Shown: positions 1-14,922, counted from the stretch's first letter. The stretch: DNA of 64,000 nt from the human T2T-CHM13v2.0 reference genome, Homo sapiens (GCF_009914755.1 NC_060926.1); one strand, 5' to 3'. Notes: a model not told the origin generated them from the sequence alone. Translations and numbers: made by a program.

Positions 1-264
<264 letters not shown>

Positions 265-269
265 TAACC

Positions 270-2200
270 TTCTAGCCTACTTTTGCTATGGTCAGAGAAC
301 ATGGTCCCTGTTATACCTGGTCTTTGAAATTTGTCAATACTTGCTTAATGGCCTGATACATGATTCACTTTTGTAAATGTCTCCAATGTGGTTAAGAAGA
401 ATGTGTAGTCTCTGATTTATGGATGCAAAATTCTGTATACTTCCACTGATCAAACTTGTGAAGTGTGCATTCAGATCTGATTTCTTTTGTCTGCTTAAAT
501 TCTCAGTAGCTGATAGAGATTTGTCAAGCTCTTCCAAAAGATGATGGTGGATTTATCTCATTCTCCCTATTTCTCCTATATATGTTGAGGCTATTGATAC
601 TAGATGTTTAAAATTCTGATATCTTCTTGATGAGTTAAACCTTTTATCACTTTGTAGTGACCCTTTTGGTCCCTGCTGCTGTTGACCTTGTCGGGTATTC
701 ACGTGGCCGCATCAGCTTTCTTTTGGTTAGTGTTTGTCCACTTCTGATTTTTGCATCCCTTGGCTTCCAGTCTTCCGTGTGTTGTTATGCGTTAGATGAT
801 CTCCTTCAGATGCACATAGCTAGGTGGCGGTGGCTCTTAGTTGAATCTGGAATCTGTGGATCTTAATAGAGCCCTTAGTCCATTGTTATTGGTATATTTG
901 GACTCGTTTTCACCATCTGACTGTGGATAACCATTTGTTCTGTCTTTTGTGTGTCATTTTTCTCTTGCCAAATTTAAATTTTATATTCAATTTCTATTCT
1001 TTTCAGTGATCACACATGGGGTATTTTTATTTAACTTAAAAAAAAATTAAAGTTGAACACTATCTTTACTCCCCTCCTATAAAATAGAAGGACTTTTGAG
1101 CACTTTAGCTTCACCCTCCTGCCTGGCATGCACACCCTCACACATATGTGTATATGTGTATATGTATATGTACACATGTACATCCACACATAAATACTTT
1201 TGAGCTTCATAAATCCCACTTATCAGATAATACTATTGTTGTGTTGTTGTTGCTGTTGTTTTATATTGCCCATGTTTGTTTGACATAACTACATATTGGC
1301 CATTTTATATGTCTGTCCTGCTAGTGTCTCAGACTGTACTAGAATCATTTTCCTCCTCACTGAAGTACATACTGTAGAAATTCTTTTAGAGCAGACTTCT
1401 TGGTGGTGAATTCCCTGTTTTTGTTTGTACATGTTTTCGTTTCATCCTTGTTCTTGGACAGTAGTATTCAGGGACATGCAATTCTGTGTGGTGGTCATTT
1501 TCCTCAATGATTATAGCGATTATGCCACCATCTGCTGGCTTCCATTGAGCTGTTGAGAAAGTTGTTGTTTTAACGGTCGGTCCTTTGTAGGGACCTTTTT
1601 TTTTCTTCTCTAGTTTCTTTCAGGTTCTGTTTGTCTTTGATTTTCTACAGTTTTACTGTTAGATGTAGTTTATTGGAATCTTTCTGCTTGAGATATATAG
1701 TGTTTCTTGGATCTGTGAAGTCTTTTTAAAAATTGATTTTGGAAAATATTCAACCATTAACTCCTTAAATAATTCCTCTTTTTTAGTCTCTCCACTTTCC
1801 CCTCTGGAACTCTAATCAGAGGATGTTAGAGATTCTCATTGTCTCCACATTTTTTAACCATCTCTCTTTCATGTTTTCTATCTCCTTACCTCTCTCTATT
1901 GGATAATGCCTAAAGTTTTTGCAAAGATTTTCCAGTTCACCATTTTTTTTAAAAAGTGTCTTCATTGTTGATAGTTTCTTGCTGCATGTTCATGTATGTC
2001 CTCTTTTTAAATTGTATTCTTATTCTTTAAATATTTCATACACAGCTGTTTGGTTTTCTGTATCTGACAACTGAAACATGCTCAGTCTTTGGGGGTCTAA
2101 TTCTGTCATTTATTGCTTCTGTTGACTCTCACTCAAATGGTTTGTCACCTTAGTGTTTTGTGAGCTTATGCTTGATTTTAATTTGTAGGAATAACTCCAG
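270..2200 (-). mobile_element. Old degraded L1 (L1M-type) fragments
   Basis: T-rich sequence with phrases typical of antisense old L1 ORF2; recognised by eye, boundaries uncertain. Confidence 0.45.
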
Positions 2201-2638
2201 GCTTAACTTGTGGAAACTTCCTGCAAAAAGGGCTTGCTTCTGCCTCTGCTAGTGAGGTGGGGTCGGGACTTCTGTCCCAGGACCCAAACAAGCTTCCTTG
2301 AGTGTTTTGGGTCGAAAGCAGAGCCATAGACCCTGTTCTTGTCACCCCTCCAAAACCACGTTCTCCCAGCTTAGGGCACCCCACTCTGCCCTGCTGCCTG
2401 TGGGTCCAGATGATGCCCTGCTAATGTGGCTTCTGCAGCTCGTCTTCTGCCTGACTCTCAGGCTCCATGGCCCTGGCTCCCAGGTGTGGCCGTCTTGGCC
2501 TCAGGCATTCCTGCCTTGGACTCTGGCTGCCAGGGCTGTGGGGACCACCTTCGCCATGCAGTCCAGGCTCAGCTCTTGTTGTTTGTGTTTGTTTACCTCA
2601 TGCCTCACTTACCTTTTGTGAAACCATCAGGATCCCCA

Positions 2639-3294
<656 letters not shown>

Positions 3295-3422
3295 TCATGA
3301 GGGACCAGGGGCCAAGTTATCATTTTATTTTTCAGTAGGATTGGAATTTCGGTAACACAGAACCCTGTTATGTTTGGAGGAAACAAGTTCCTTAAAGCTC
3401 ACTGCCTTTCCTCCGTTCCCAG

Positions 3423-3533
3423 CTCCGCTCTGCATTGGATAAAACAGAAGAGCTCGAGGTGAGCAACGGCCACTTAGTGAAGCGTCTGGAAAAAATGAAA
3501 GCAAATCGGAGTGCACTCTTGTCCCAGCAGTAA
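3423..3533 (+). CDS. LRRFIP1: LRRFIP1 terminal coding exon (coiled-coil C-terminus isoform)
   Basis: Polypyrimidine tract plus cag acceptor at 3420-3422; phase-0 translation [36 protein letters not shown], recognised as the LRRFIP-family C-terminus. Too short for the ORF track. Confidence 0.93.
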   Translation, partial: LRSALDKTEELEVSNGHLVKRLEKMKANRSALLSQQ

Positions 3534-5329
3534 ATTCCAGCTCTGATCAGGCAACTGGTTGGTGACTGGAGAGCATTGTTTCATAGGCTTTTCTCTGTCC
3601 TGTCTGGGAGCGCTGCTTCTTCCCCTGCCTTCCGAGAGACGAAGACCGTGGCGAGCTTGGCGCTTAGGGGCTCCCGTGCCATGGCTCACCCCAGGGAGCC
3701 CCAGCAGCCACCAGGTGCCTCTGTCTGCAGACCCCTGGCCCGGGCTGGCGCCGACGCTCAGAACCTGCAGGTACTTCATAAGCACACAGGGGCCTCGAGG
3801 GAGCTCTGTGTCTGACCGCACAGCAGCCTCTGAATGCCGCTGGAAGTGATGATCAAAGTAAAGATTCAGTTGGGACTTGAGTTTTTTTTTTTTTTCATGT
3901 GTCTTGCTGAAGATTAAGGGGAAATGTTACAGTGTTGGGACTTCCTTTCATGGCAGAATCTACAATTTGAGCGACTTCAGTAGTATCTCTTAGTCTACGC
4001 TTTTCATACACAAAACACTGTGGAACCACAAGCCATTACCAAGCAAAACTCTTTCACTGGAAACAAGGGGGCAGTCTAGAAGTAAAAGTGACCTTAAGAA
4101 GACTCTTTACAGGCAACAAATGAAGCTTTTCTAAGGGATTTTTGCATCAGTTCAGTCATAAGAATACTTTTTTCCAGGGTAATTAGGCAATAGCTTCACT
4201 GAAAATGACAGCTTTTCATTGCATTATTTAATCCTTATATTTGGAATTGAAGTCGTTAACTTCTTTTAAAGAATGTACTATTAGAAAAATTAAAAATGAA
4301 ATGTTGAGAGACTTCAGCAATGTGGTTCTAATTTTTTTCCACTGAGAAAGAAGATCTTTAATTTCATATTAATGGTTCTGTATATTTTGGGTCATCTTTT
4401 TATTTTTTAAGAATATCAAGTCAATTCATTTTTCTTTCCCTATTTAAAAAAAAAGGTGTTTTCACAGAATGAGTGCACTTAAAAAGTGAAGTGAAGGAGG
4501 AGGTAACAGTAGAGACGATGGCAATATCATCAAGGACAAAAGTAAAAACGTTTAGCTACCTGCTGATTTTTAGTGACTGTTCATATATGTTGTATTTCAA
4601 GTATGGCTGGTGAAGCCAGTCAGCTTTTCGGGACGTTAGCAAGTGGAAACTGAGTCAGTATCATCCAAAACCATATCTAGTCTTAACACATGGAGAATGC
4701 TGGAGTGAGGGTTGTGAGTTCAGGGTATATAATCAAGAAAACACTCCCAGCATAATGCTAGGGGTCACCAGTGTCCATCCCCCAGAACTGTATGGATCTA
4801 GGATATACACAGCTGCGTTGCATTAAGAAAGAGATGAAATCTCTATTAAAATACACAAGATTTTTGTATCTCCTTGTGCAGAGGATATTTGCCACTGCCC
4901 ATTGGGAAGCAGACAAGTTATAGGGGGCTGGGGGCCAACACTGGCAAGTAGGAAACCACGGGTCGGACAGGTGAGCAAAATGTGCTGGCAGGTGGGCACC
5001 ACTGGGAGACCCACACTGCACACCCGGGCACCGTATGAACAGGAAAGAGGAAGGAAGCTGGACGAAGCCCCTCAGGGACCCTGTGCTGACCATGCTGGGC
5101 CCACCGGCAAAAGGGAGATATTCAGTTCCTTGTCTCATCCTTAAGGTTTCTTCCACAACATCTGAATACAAGCATGTTTAACTGGGAAAATGTCTATGTC
5201 ATGCGTGAATAACACCAGCAGCAAACACTCACACATCACGCAGACACGGCCGGCAGCATGCTGACGCTTTTAGGTATTTTTCACTCATGCAATTTTCACA
5301 TATTTTCACTCATTTCATTTGCACGGAAA

Positions 5330-5455
5330 TTCTATGAGGTAGATGCTGTTATCAAATCCACATTACAGATGAGGGACCCAGGGTCCAGGAAGGTGAACTG
5401 GCAGAAGTCTCCCAGCTGGTAGAACAGGGCTGCAAGGCATCGATTCCCAGGTGTC
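5330..5455 (-). mobile_element. MIR in the LRRFIP1 3' UTR
   Basis: MIR-core-like tctatgaggtagatgct...cacattacagatgaggg. Confidence 0.6.
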
Positions 5456-5619
5456 TCACAGCCCTGAGAAGATGGCGTTTTCCCTATCAGTGGCTCTGAG
5501 GAAGTCAAGCCTTCAGTCTCTACCTCTCCCACCAATTCTTTTGGAAACAGCAAACCAATGTTACACACACTTCCTAATCCAGAGGAAGCTAGAACACGAT
5601 TTTTAAATTTATTTAGTAA

Positions 5620-5625
5620 AATAAA
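5620..5625 (+). terminator. Polyadenylation signal of LRRFIP1
   Basis: AATAAA in a U-rich context, followed by GT/T-rich sequence (ttggttgctggcttcttt). Confidence 0.7.
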
Positions 5626-5685
5626 ACTTTTTTTGCAGATGTAACGAATGGAAATTGGTTGCTGGCTTCTTTCATCCCTGCAACC

Positions 5686-5915
5686 TAGCGTTTCTCAGCC
5701 TCAGCACGACGGTCGTCTGGAGCTGGGTCGTTCTTGGTGGCTGGGGTGGCTGTCCCCTGCACCGTGGGATGTTGAGCAGCAACACTGAACTCTACCAACT
5801 CATTGCCAGTAGACCCCACTCCCGGTCATGACACACAAAAACATCACCAGACATTGCCAAATGTCCACTGCGGGGGTGAGGGGCGTGTAAAAGCGCCTCC
5901 CATTGAGAACCACTG
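5686..5915 (-). mobile_element. MER20 (hAT-Charlie MITE)
   Basis: ccagacattgccaaatgtcc...ttgagaaccactg is the reverse complement of the MER20 5' end; about 230 bp. Confidence 0.85.
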
Positions 5916-7025
5916 CTGTAACCTGAATTAGAAGATTTGGAAAAGAAATGGTTGAAAACCCAGACCAGGATCCCTGTTGTATGTTTCCTATGAATGATTT
6001 TCATTTTTAGAAATGAAATAACATCTAGGACATAGAGCAAAACACTCAAAACACATCATAAATGGATAACATAAATAGATAAAAATCCAATGCAGTTCAG
6101 AATTACAATCAAATGTTATTTTCTCTTGTGTTTTAGAATTCCTCATTTTCATAGTCAAAATATCAACTAAAGCATCAAAAGTTCCTGTTGATATTTTTGA
6201 AAATGTGTTACTACTTAGCAAATTTGGATTTCTGGTTTGTACAGTGCTGAGCCCTTGAGGAATACCAGAAGAATGCACACCTTAAGGAGGCTGTGGTTTT
6301 CAGGGAGAGAACAGCCATGCATGAGGATGGCCATAGCAGAAGGCGGAGGGGTGGGGAAGTGCCAGCTGTTAGCTATGTGGAGCCAGCCAGTTGCAAATTT
6401 TCAAACCGGCAGAAGCATCTGTTGTGTTTCACTAAATGACCCGAGCCAGATGTGGCCCACGTGTTCCCGAGCCTGCCTGAGTATCTGAAGGGGATAGAGC
6501 TGATGTCCACTGACCTGCCTGGCTCCCTGCACCTTCAGCCACATTTCGGAAGCACTTGCTACCCAGTGTTAAGGATGTGCGGAGGCTTAGAGGATTCCAG
6601 CTCTGTGGTCAGGGCCTTTTGCCCTTGTGTCCAGGAGCCTCCAGGGCTAGCTCCCATCACTCAAGGACTGGACAGTTGTCCCTGAACCCCAGCCCTGTAC
6701 TTGCTGCCATGCCCCTCGATGCTGCTGCCTAACCACTTGCTAGTGTGTATCTCCATGTATGGCCAGCCCCCCACCCCTGCCAGTTCCCCCTTGCTTGCTT
6801 CTTTCCCCTCTCTGCCAGAATAGCTCTGATCACCACTTGTGGATGGCTCCTACCTGGTCCCCAGGTGCACTAAATGCTAAGCAGGTCCTGAGCTCCACTG
6901 GCCCTGAGTGAAGTTGCACTGTCTGTGGCTGGATTTGTCTCTTCCAATTGTCCATCCTCTTGGGTGGCATAGAAACAAGAACATCAGAGACTTGGGAAGA
7001 GAACTCTGAGCTAGAAATATCTGTT

Positions 7026-7324
7026 GGCTGGGTGCAGTGGCTCATCCCTGTAATCCCAGCACTTCGGGAGGCCAAGGCGGCTGGATCACGAGGTCAGGAG
7101 ATTGAGACCATCCTGGCTAACACGGTGAAACCCCGTCTCTACTAAAAATAGAAAAACAAACTTAGCCGGGAGTGGTGGCAGGCGCCTGTAGTCCCAGCTA
7201 CTCGGGAGGCTGAGGCAGAGAATGGCATGAACCTGGGAGGCAGAGCTTGCAGTGAACCGAGATCACACCACTGCACTCCAGCCTGGGCAACAGAGCGATA
7301 CTCCATCTCAAAAAAAAGAAAGAA
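7026..7324 (+). mobile_element. Alu (AluSc/Y-like)
   Basis: Full dimer with A-tail; ggatcacgaggtcaggaga variant. Confidence 0.95.
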
Positions 7325-7370
7325 AATATTTGAAGTTTATGTTAATACTTCCTAAATCCCAGGGGGCTGC

Positions 7371-8868
<1,498 letters not shown>

Positions 8869-8950
8869 GCTGCTATACTGGATTTAGTTGTAGGAGGCAA
8901 GAATAATGGTGGAGGAGGCTTCTTTCTGTTTGTGTTTAGCCTTCTGGACC

Positions 8951-8977
8951 CACCACCACCACCACCACCACCACCAC
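8951..8977. repeat. (CAC)9 microsatellite
   Basis: Read directly from the sequence. Confidence 0.9.
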
Positions 8978-9869
8978 AGGCACTCAGGGGTCCCACCGAG
9001 TCTGCCTTCTGAAGACAGCTGATACTGTGATCTTGAACAAGTTGTACCCCACAGCTAATTGAGATGTGCTGAGTTTTTCCCCTGCTTGAGTTGCTTTCAT
9101 TTAAATTTCCCCAACCACCAGCCTGCTGCCCCAGGGAAAAGCCACTCAGCTTCACCACTCTGGCCTGCTTGGACTTTCTTCCTTGGATTTTCCTAGGCTG
9201 CCTTAGCCACACTGGAATTTTGTAGCAACTAAGAGCTGTAGTTTTTCACCCACCATGGTTTTGTTAAATGTGGTTTTAAGGTAATGTGGCTTAATATTTC
9301 CATATCAAAAAATTTAAATCCACTCTCTTTTAAAAATCTAGGTCTAACTCCTAAATCTGGGTCTAGATGCCATAAAAGAACAAAACAATGATGGTTTCCT
9401 CTCTCGTGGACTATATGGGCAGCCTGTGGGGTAAAGAGAGAAGCTGTCTGTTGCCCTAAGTACCACAATTTAGCACAGGCAAGATTTCACATGGGAGAAT
9501 GCAAAGGTAAATACATTCATATTACAGCAGGAAGGGCAAGTTTGAAAACAAAATTTGTGAGAAACCCTGACTTAAATCTGCTAAATCTTATCTCAGAAAA
9601 GGCAGTTGCCTCACTCAACATGAACACCTGAAGCAGCTGAGTCAGGGGAAGATACAACTTCAGAACAGGTTCCTAATACCCAGGAATCTCGTTGTGTTAG
9701 AAGCAGATGTCTTGTCTTTACTGTGATTTTTAAAATATATTATTTTTGTTCTTATCCTAAATACCTCTGCGTGTGTCTGTTTCCATGATTTTATCAAGAG
9801 TGACTTTTCAGATTTCCTGCAAGTTGGCCTCTCTAGAGTTTATTAGAATAACTCTCTAAATATTGATCA

Positions 9870-10145
9870 AGTACTTACTCAAGCACTAGGGGTTCAACAG
9901 TTCTATTCCAGTGGGGAATGCAGACAATAAACCTGAACGTGAGTGAGTAAGATTTTGGATAATGAAAGGTACTATGAAAAAAGTTGAAAGCAGGTAGTGG
10001 GATAGAGAGCGAGCTAAGGCACATGTGGTCAGGAGTGTGTACGTTTGGGGAAGTTGCTGCTTTAGCTGTCTGGTTAGGAAAGGCTTCACAGAGTAACATT
10101 TAAGCTAAAACCTGAGGATGAAAAAGTCCTGGCTATTTGAATGTC
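9870..10145 (-). mobile_element. L2 fragment
   Basis: ggttaggaaaggcttcacagag...catttaagctaaaacctgagg resembles the antisense L2 3' region. Confidence 0.55.
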
Positions 10146-10474
10146 TAGAGCAGCACTGTCCAATAGAAACATAATATGAGCCATATATGTAATTTTAAAT
10201 TTTCTAATACTTATATTTAAAAAAAATAAACAGATGAAATTCATTTTAACAATACACTGTATTTAACCCAATATATCTAAATTATCATTTTGCCATGTAA
10301 TACACATTTTAAAATTGTTAATATTTTATGTTTTTTAATAGCAAATTTTCAAATCAGTATATATTTTGTATTTACAGCATATTTCAATTCAGGCAAAGTT
10401 TTCATGATAAATACTTGATCTGTGTTACTATTTCATAAAATTAAATAGAACACCAAAAAAATCATTTTTCTTTT

Positions 10475-10507
<33 letters not shown>

Positions 10508-10589
10508 TTTTTGAGACAGAGTCTTGCTCTGTTGCCAGGCTGGAGTGCAATGGCATGATCTTGGCTCACTGCAACCTCTGCCTCCTGGG

Positions 10590-11244
10590 TGGTGGGAAAA
10601 GTTGAGGCAGGGCTTGCATGTCTGACATAATGTAAAAGAGTCTTGGAACACGTCCTGGGTCCAAGGTCTAAAACCCCTCATGGCCTTTGGAACACCAAGC
10701 TCTGTGCTAAAGAGTGGAAGGCTGCCCTGCCGTACCATAATCTAAGCCCAGGGCATAAAACCCCTCGTGGCTTGGATGGAATCCAGGACTCAGGGCAGAA
10801 AACCCCTCGTGGCTTGGATGGAATCCAGGGCTCAGGGCATAAAACCCCTCGTGGCCTCTGGAATGTGTCTAGACTTGCTGGCTTCTTGCTTCTAGCACTC
10901 CCAGGCTCATGGATTGATTGTATCTTAGACTAGAAGAACATGTTCCCCATGATCTCAAGTAGCAGAACATGTTCTATATGCTTCAAAGGGAATGCTAAAC
11001 TGTCACAGCTATAGATCATATGCTTGATGCACCGCTACCTTTCAACCCCCACATCCTCACCACCTGTTTCTTTGTTTGATCACCAATAAGTAGTGTGGGC
11101 TTCCAGAGCTCGGGGTCTTCACAGCCTCCATACTAGCGTTGGCCCCCTGGACCCACTTTATGCACTCCTAACTTGTCTCATTCCTTTGACACTGCCAGAC
11201 TTTGTAGCCCCCACAGCCTGGTGTTGGGTCTGGCCACCCCAACA
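10590..11244 (+). mobile_element. ERVK-class solo LTR (LTR14C-like), 655 bp
   Basis: TG...CA termini (tggtgggaaaag...caccccaaca); 6-bp TSD CCTGGG at 10584-10589 and 11245-11250; body matches my recollection of LTR14C. Confidence 0.85.
10749..10855 (+). repeat. 42-bp tandem repeat, about 2.5 copies, inside the LTR
   Basis: Unit CAGGGCA(T/G)AAAACCCCTCGTGGCTTGGATGGAATCCAGG(A/G)CT starting at 10749, 10791 and 10833 (partial). Confidence 0.92.
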
Positions 11245-12079
11245 CCTGGGTTCAAGCAATTCTCCTGCCACAGCTTTCCAAGTAGCTGGGACTACAGGCA
11301 TGTGCCACCACGCCCAGCTAATTTTTGTATGTTTAGTAGAGACAGGGTTTCCCCATGTTGGCCAGATGGTCTCGATCTCTTGACCTCATGATCCGCCTGC
11401 CTTGGTCTCCCAAAGTGCTGGGATTACAGGCATGAGCCAACGTGCCCAGCCCATTTTTCTTTGATAATTACACCCATGTTGATAAAACTGGTTTATGTTT
11501 TTCAGAAGAATTGTTTGACTTTAAAGCAAAAGCAAATGTTTCAAAACTACATCCAAATTAAGTAAATCCATCGACTCTTGTGTTGATTCAGGATTATTAA
11601 CATCAAGTTCAAAGAGATATCGCATAAATTGAAAAGCAACTCTAAATTTATCAATGTCAACAAAGTATTCTTCAAATTTTTCTCGTAGTTTTTGGAACTA
11701 ATTATATACCTCTGTTGATTATACTTAAAATGATACACATATTGATGCATGTGTTAAAATCATTATTATTGATGTGTAATTTGAAAATTTCCATTTCAAC
11801 ATAAATCCTTATACCTGCTTAGATCGATTACATATAAGTGTCTTCTTGGCGCTTCATATTTAGCTCATTTATACGTAATATAATATTAGTGAAAAAACAC
11901 TAATCACATTGCCAATTTCTTTAATTGTTGAATATTTCACAAGTTTCTTTTCATTTCAAGAAAATTTTGAATTGAAGTTAACAGAAAGCAAATCTTTGTA
12001 AAACTCATGACTTAACCAATGAGCACTGGCAAAGAGTGCAAGTTCATTAAATTCATTGTCTTCTATTTCCACAATATAT

Positions 12080-12375
12080 TTTTTTTAAGAGACAGATCCT
12101 CTCTCTATTGCCCAGGATGAAGCGCAGTGGCAAAATCACGGCTCACTGCAGCCTCGACCTCTGGGGCTCAGGTGATCCTCCCCCCTCAGCCTCCAGAGTA
12201 GCTGGGACTACAGGCATGTGCCACCATACCTGGCTAATTTTTTTGTTTTACTTTTTGTAGAGATGGGGTCTCGCTATGTTGCCTAGGCTGGTCTTGAACT
12301 CCTGGACTCAAGCAATCCTCCCACCTCAGCCTCCCAAAGTGCTGGGATTACAGATGTGAGCCACCACACCCAACT
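12080..12375 (-). mobile_element. AluJ
   Basis: Antisense Alu with J-type features. Confidence 0.9.
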
Positions 12376-13095
12376 ATTTGAACAATTTCATAAACTGGTG
12401 ATTCATAGCATTTGTCTGTGTATAGTGAATGATTTTAACAACCATCTCCATGACTCTTTATAGAGACTGCTTTAGAAAACTAAGCACAAATATTTTCAAT
12501 AGGTACCATACAGTGAAATGGAGCAATAAAGGAAACATCAGTCTCTCGTTTTAAAATGCCAGAAAATTTGTATTTTTGACCTAACATATCTGGAGCATCA
12601 TGATAGAAACTAATGTTTTCATATCTCATTTCATATCTAGCTGAAGTTCTTCTCTGACAGATGTAAAGATTTTTAAATATGCATATCACAAGTTCAATTT
12701 TTTAGGTTGAAAAATTTACATTTCTTTGTAAGTTTGGAAATCCCTTTAAACAGAATGTACCCAAAGTATTAATTGGATTATCTTTCTTACATTAAATGAC
12801 TCATCTGAAACTAAAGAAATAATTTTGAGTCAATTGATCTTTGGTATCGTTAAAAAGTTCTTGTATTATACAGGCAATTGTATGGTGGCTTAACTAGAGA
12901 TTCTTTACATGAAATGTCTTTTAGTTTTCCCCTCATAACTTTCTAACAAAATGTCCCTAACTGAAATAATTTTTATTATATCTCTATCTAAAACGATTTT
13001 GTCTTTTGTGCAAGGATCCAAGCCATTTCATTGTTGGCCAAAATTACAGACTCCGATCCTATAAAACATCACTTAAAAATTTGTGGGGAGGGGGT

Positions 13096-13387
13096 GCCAG
13101 GTGCAGTGGCTCATGCCTGTAATCCCAGCAGTTAGGAAGGCTGAGGTGGGAAGATGACTTGAGCCCAGGATTTGAGACCAGCCTGAGCAGCATAATGATA
13201 CCTCATCTCTACAAAAAATAAACAAAAAGTAGCCACGTGTGGTGGCACATGCGTGTAGTTCCAGTACCAGGGAGGCTGAGGTGAGAGGTTCACCTGAGTC
13301 CAGAGGTCGAGGGTGCAGTGAGCCAAAATGATGCCACTACACTCCAGTCTGGGCAACAGAGTGAGTCCCTGTCTCAAAAAAAAAAAT
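13096..13387 (+). mobile_element. AluJ
   Basis: Sense Alu dimer with A-tail. Confidence 0.9.
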
Positions 13388-13479
13388 TGTTTTAAGTTTT
13401 TGGACATTTAATTATAAATTCAGGTTACTAATTGTGTCAATTCGATTTGAACTATTGAGAAGAAACTTTTTACCAAATT

Positions 13480-13793
13480 CATTGTGTAACATGTATTGTT
13501 GTGTGACAAATTAACCCAAAACTTAGCCTCTTAAACAACAAATATTTATTATCTCACACAGATTCTGTGGATCAGGAGTCTGGAAGTGGTTTAGCTGGGT
13601 ATTTCTGGCTCAGGGTCTCTAATCAATAAAGCTGTCAGCCAGGGAAATAGTCATGGGACGGTTCACTGGGAGTGGAGAATCTGGTCCAGGCTCTTTTGTA
13701 TCGTTATTGCCAAGCCTCCTCATTGGCTGGAGATCTGAGTTCCACACCACAGGGACCATGGACCTCTCCATAGGCTGCTCATGACCTGGCAGC

Positions 13794-13824
<31 letters not shown>

Positions 13825-14029
13825 GAGAGAGAAAGAGAGAGAAAGAATAGGAAAAAGAGAGACAGCATGCGTGAGAGAGGGAGAACCCAAGGTGGAAACC
13901 AGTCTTTTTAAACTTAACCTTGGAAGTAACAGCTCATTACTTCGGATATTCAAGGGGAGAGAAATTAGCTCCATTTCTTAAGGAGAAGAGTATGAAACAA
14001 ATTTCGGACATGCTTTTTAAGCCACCACA
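13480..14029 (-). mobile_element. MLT1-type MaLR LTR containing a (GA)n tract at ~13792-13862
   Basis: cccaaaacttag...ttaaacaacaaatatttattatctcaca...gccaccaca pattern. Confidence 0.75.
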
Positions 14030-14734
14030 CTATTTGCTGAAAATGTCTCGTCTCTTAATATTGTATCTTAATATTATCCTTGAACATTTTTTATATCACA
14101 AACCAACTACGTTTTCATTTTGTTCTTCCCAGAAAACTACAATTGCTATTCATTGTGGAATTTGTAACGTACCTTCTCCCAGGCTCTTTTTTCTTTATTG
14201 TTCCAGTCAGTGTTTGCTTCTATATCTCTACTTGATTCTACATCAGTAGCATGTCTTTGTTTTAAAGCTATAAGATTATCCAGAGTTATTTTTGAACTAG
14301 TAAAATAATTTAATTATGGTCAAAATAAACCTAAGTATTCCAATTTCAATACCACATATAATTTAATGTGTTTTACTATAACTTGTGCTGTCTGCATATA
14401 ATATTCAAATAAACACATTGTGATGTTATATTGGTACACAGAAAAAAAATCTGCACTGAATCAATCCTTTGACACCAAATAGATGTGTTTATGTATAATA
14501 ATAGGAATGACAGACATGCCTGACTCACACACTACAATATACAGTAAAGTCGTACATGATGCAGCAGTGAAAGTGAAAGTGAGTGTAGTCCCACCAAAAC
14601 AATAAAGTCAAAGAGGAGGGCCAAAGAGTTCTGTTTAGGCCACATCAAGTTTGAGAAGCTTATGAAACATTAAAATGGCTGTGCCATGAAGCAGTAGGCA
14701 CTACCGTGACCACCCTATCTAAAACTGCCAATCC

Positions 14735-14922
14735 GGCCGGGTATGATGGTTCATGCCTGTAATGGCATGGTGGCGCTCACCTGTAATTCCAGCTACTTGG
14801 GAGGCTGAGGCACAAGGGTCACTTGAACCCAGGAGGCAGAGGTTGCAGTGAACCAAGATTGCACCACCTCACTCCAGCCTGGGCAATGAAGTGAGACTCT
14901 GTCTCAATAAAATAAAATAAAA
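14735..14922 (+). mobile_element. Alu with most of the left arm deleted
   Basis: About 29 nt of Alu 5' end joined directly to the right arm; (TAAAA)n tail. Confidence 0.85.

Larger units (their letters stand above)
3534..5645 (+). other. LRRFIP1: LRRFIP1 3' UTR
   Basis: Repeat-poor, partly AU-rich sequence from the TAA to an AATAAA at 5620-5625; the 3' end is approximate. Confidence 0.75.
10466..11451 (-). mobile_element. AluS split by an LTR (10466-10589 and 11245-11451)
   Basis: The Alu stops at cctcctggg and resumes at cctgggttcaagc. Confidence 0.93.
10150..14610 (-). mobile_element. Fossil hAT-Charlie transposon (Charlie5-like), interrupted by Alus and LTRs
   Basis: MER33-like terminus cagcactgtccaatagaaa at 10151. 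Minus-strand transposase remnants in the expected order: DES (~12800), HDAPDMLG and FHCMVP (ORF 12480-12689), LFASAHWLS (12010-12036). Right boundary approximate. Confidence 0.72.

Noticed and set aside
3474-3849. ORFs of 79-115 aa around the LRRFIP1 stop
   Set aside because: Locally GC-rich UTR with no recognisable protein; the real frame ends at 3533.
10749-10855. CRISPR-like array
   Set aside because: Head-to-tail repeats without unique spacers, inside an LTR in primate DNA.
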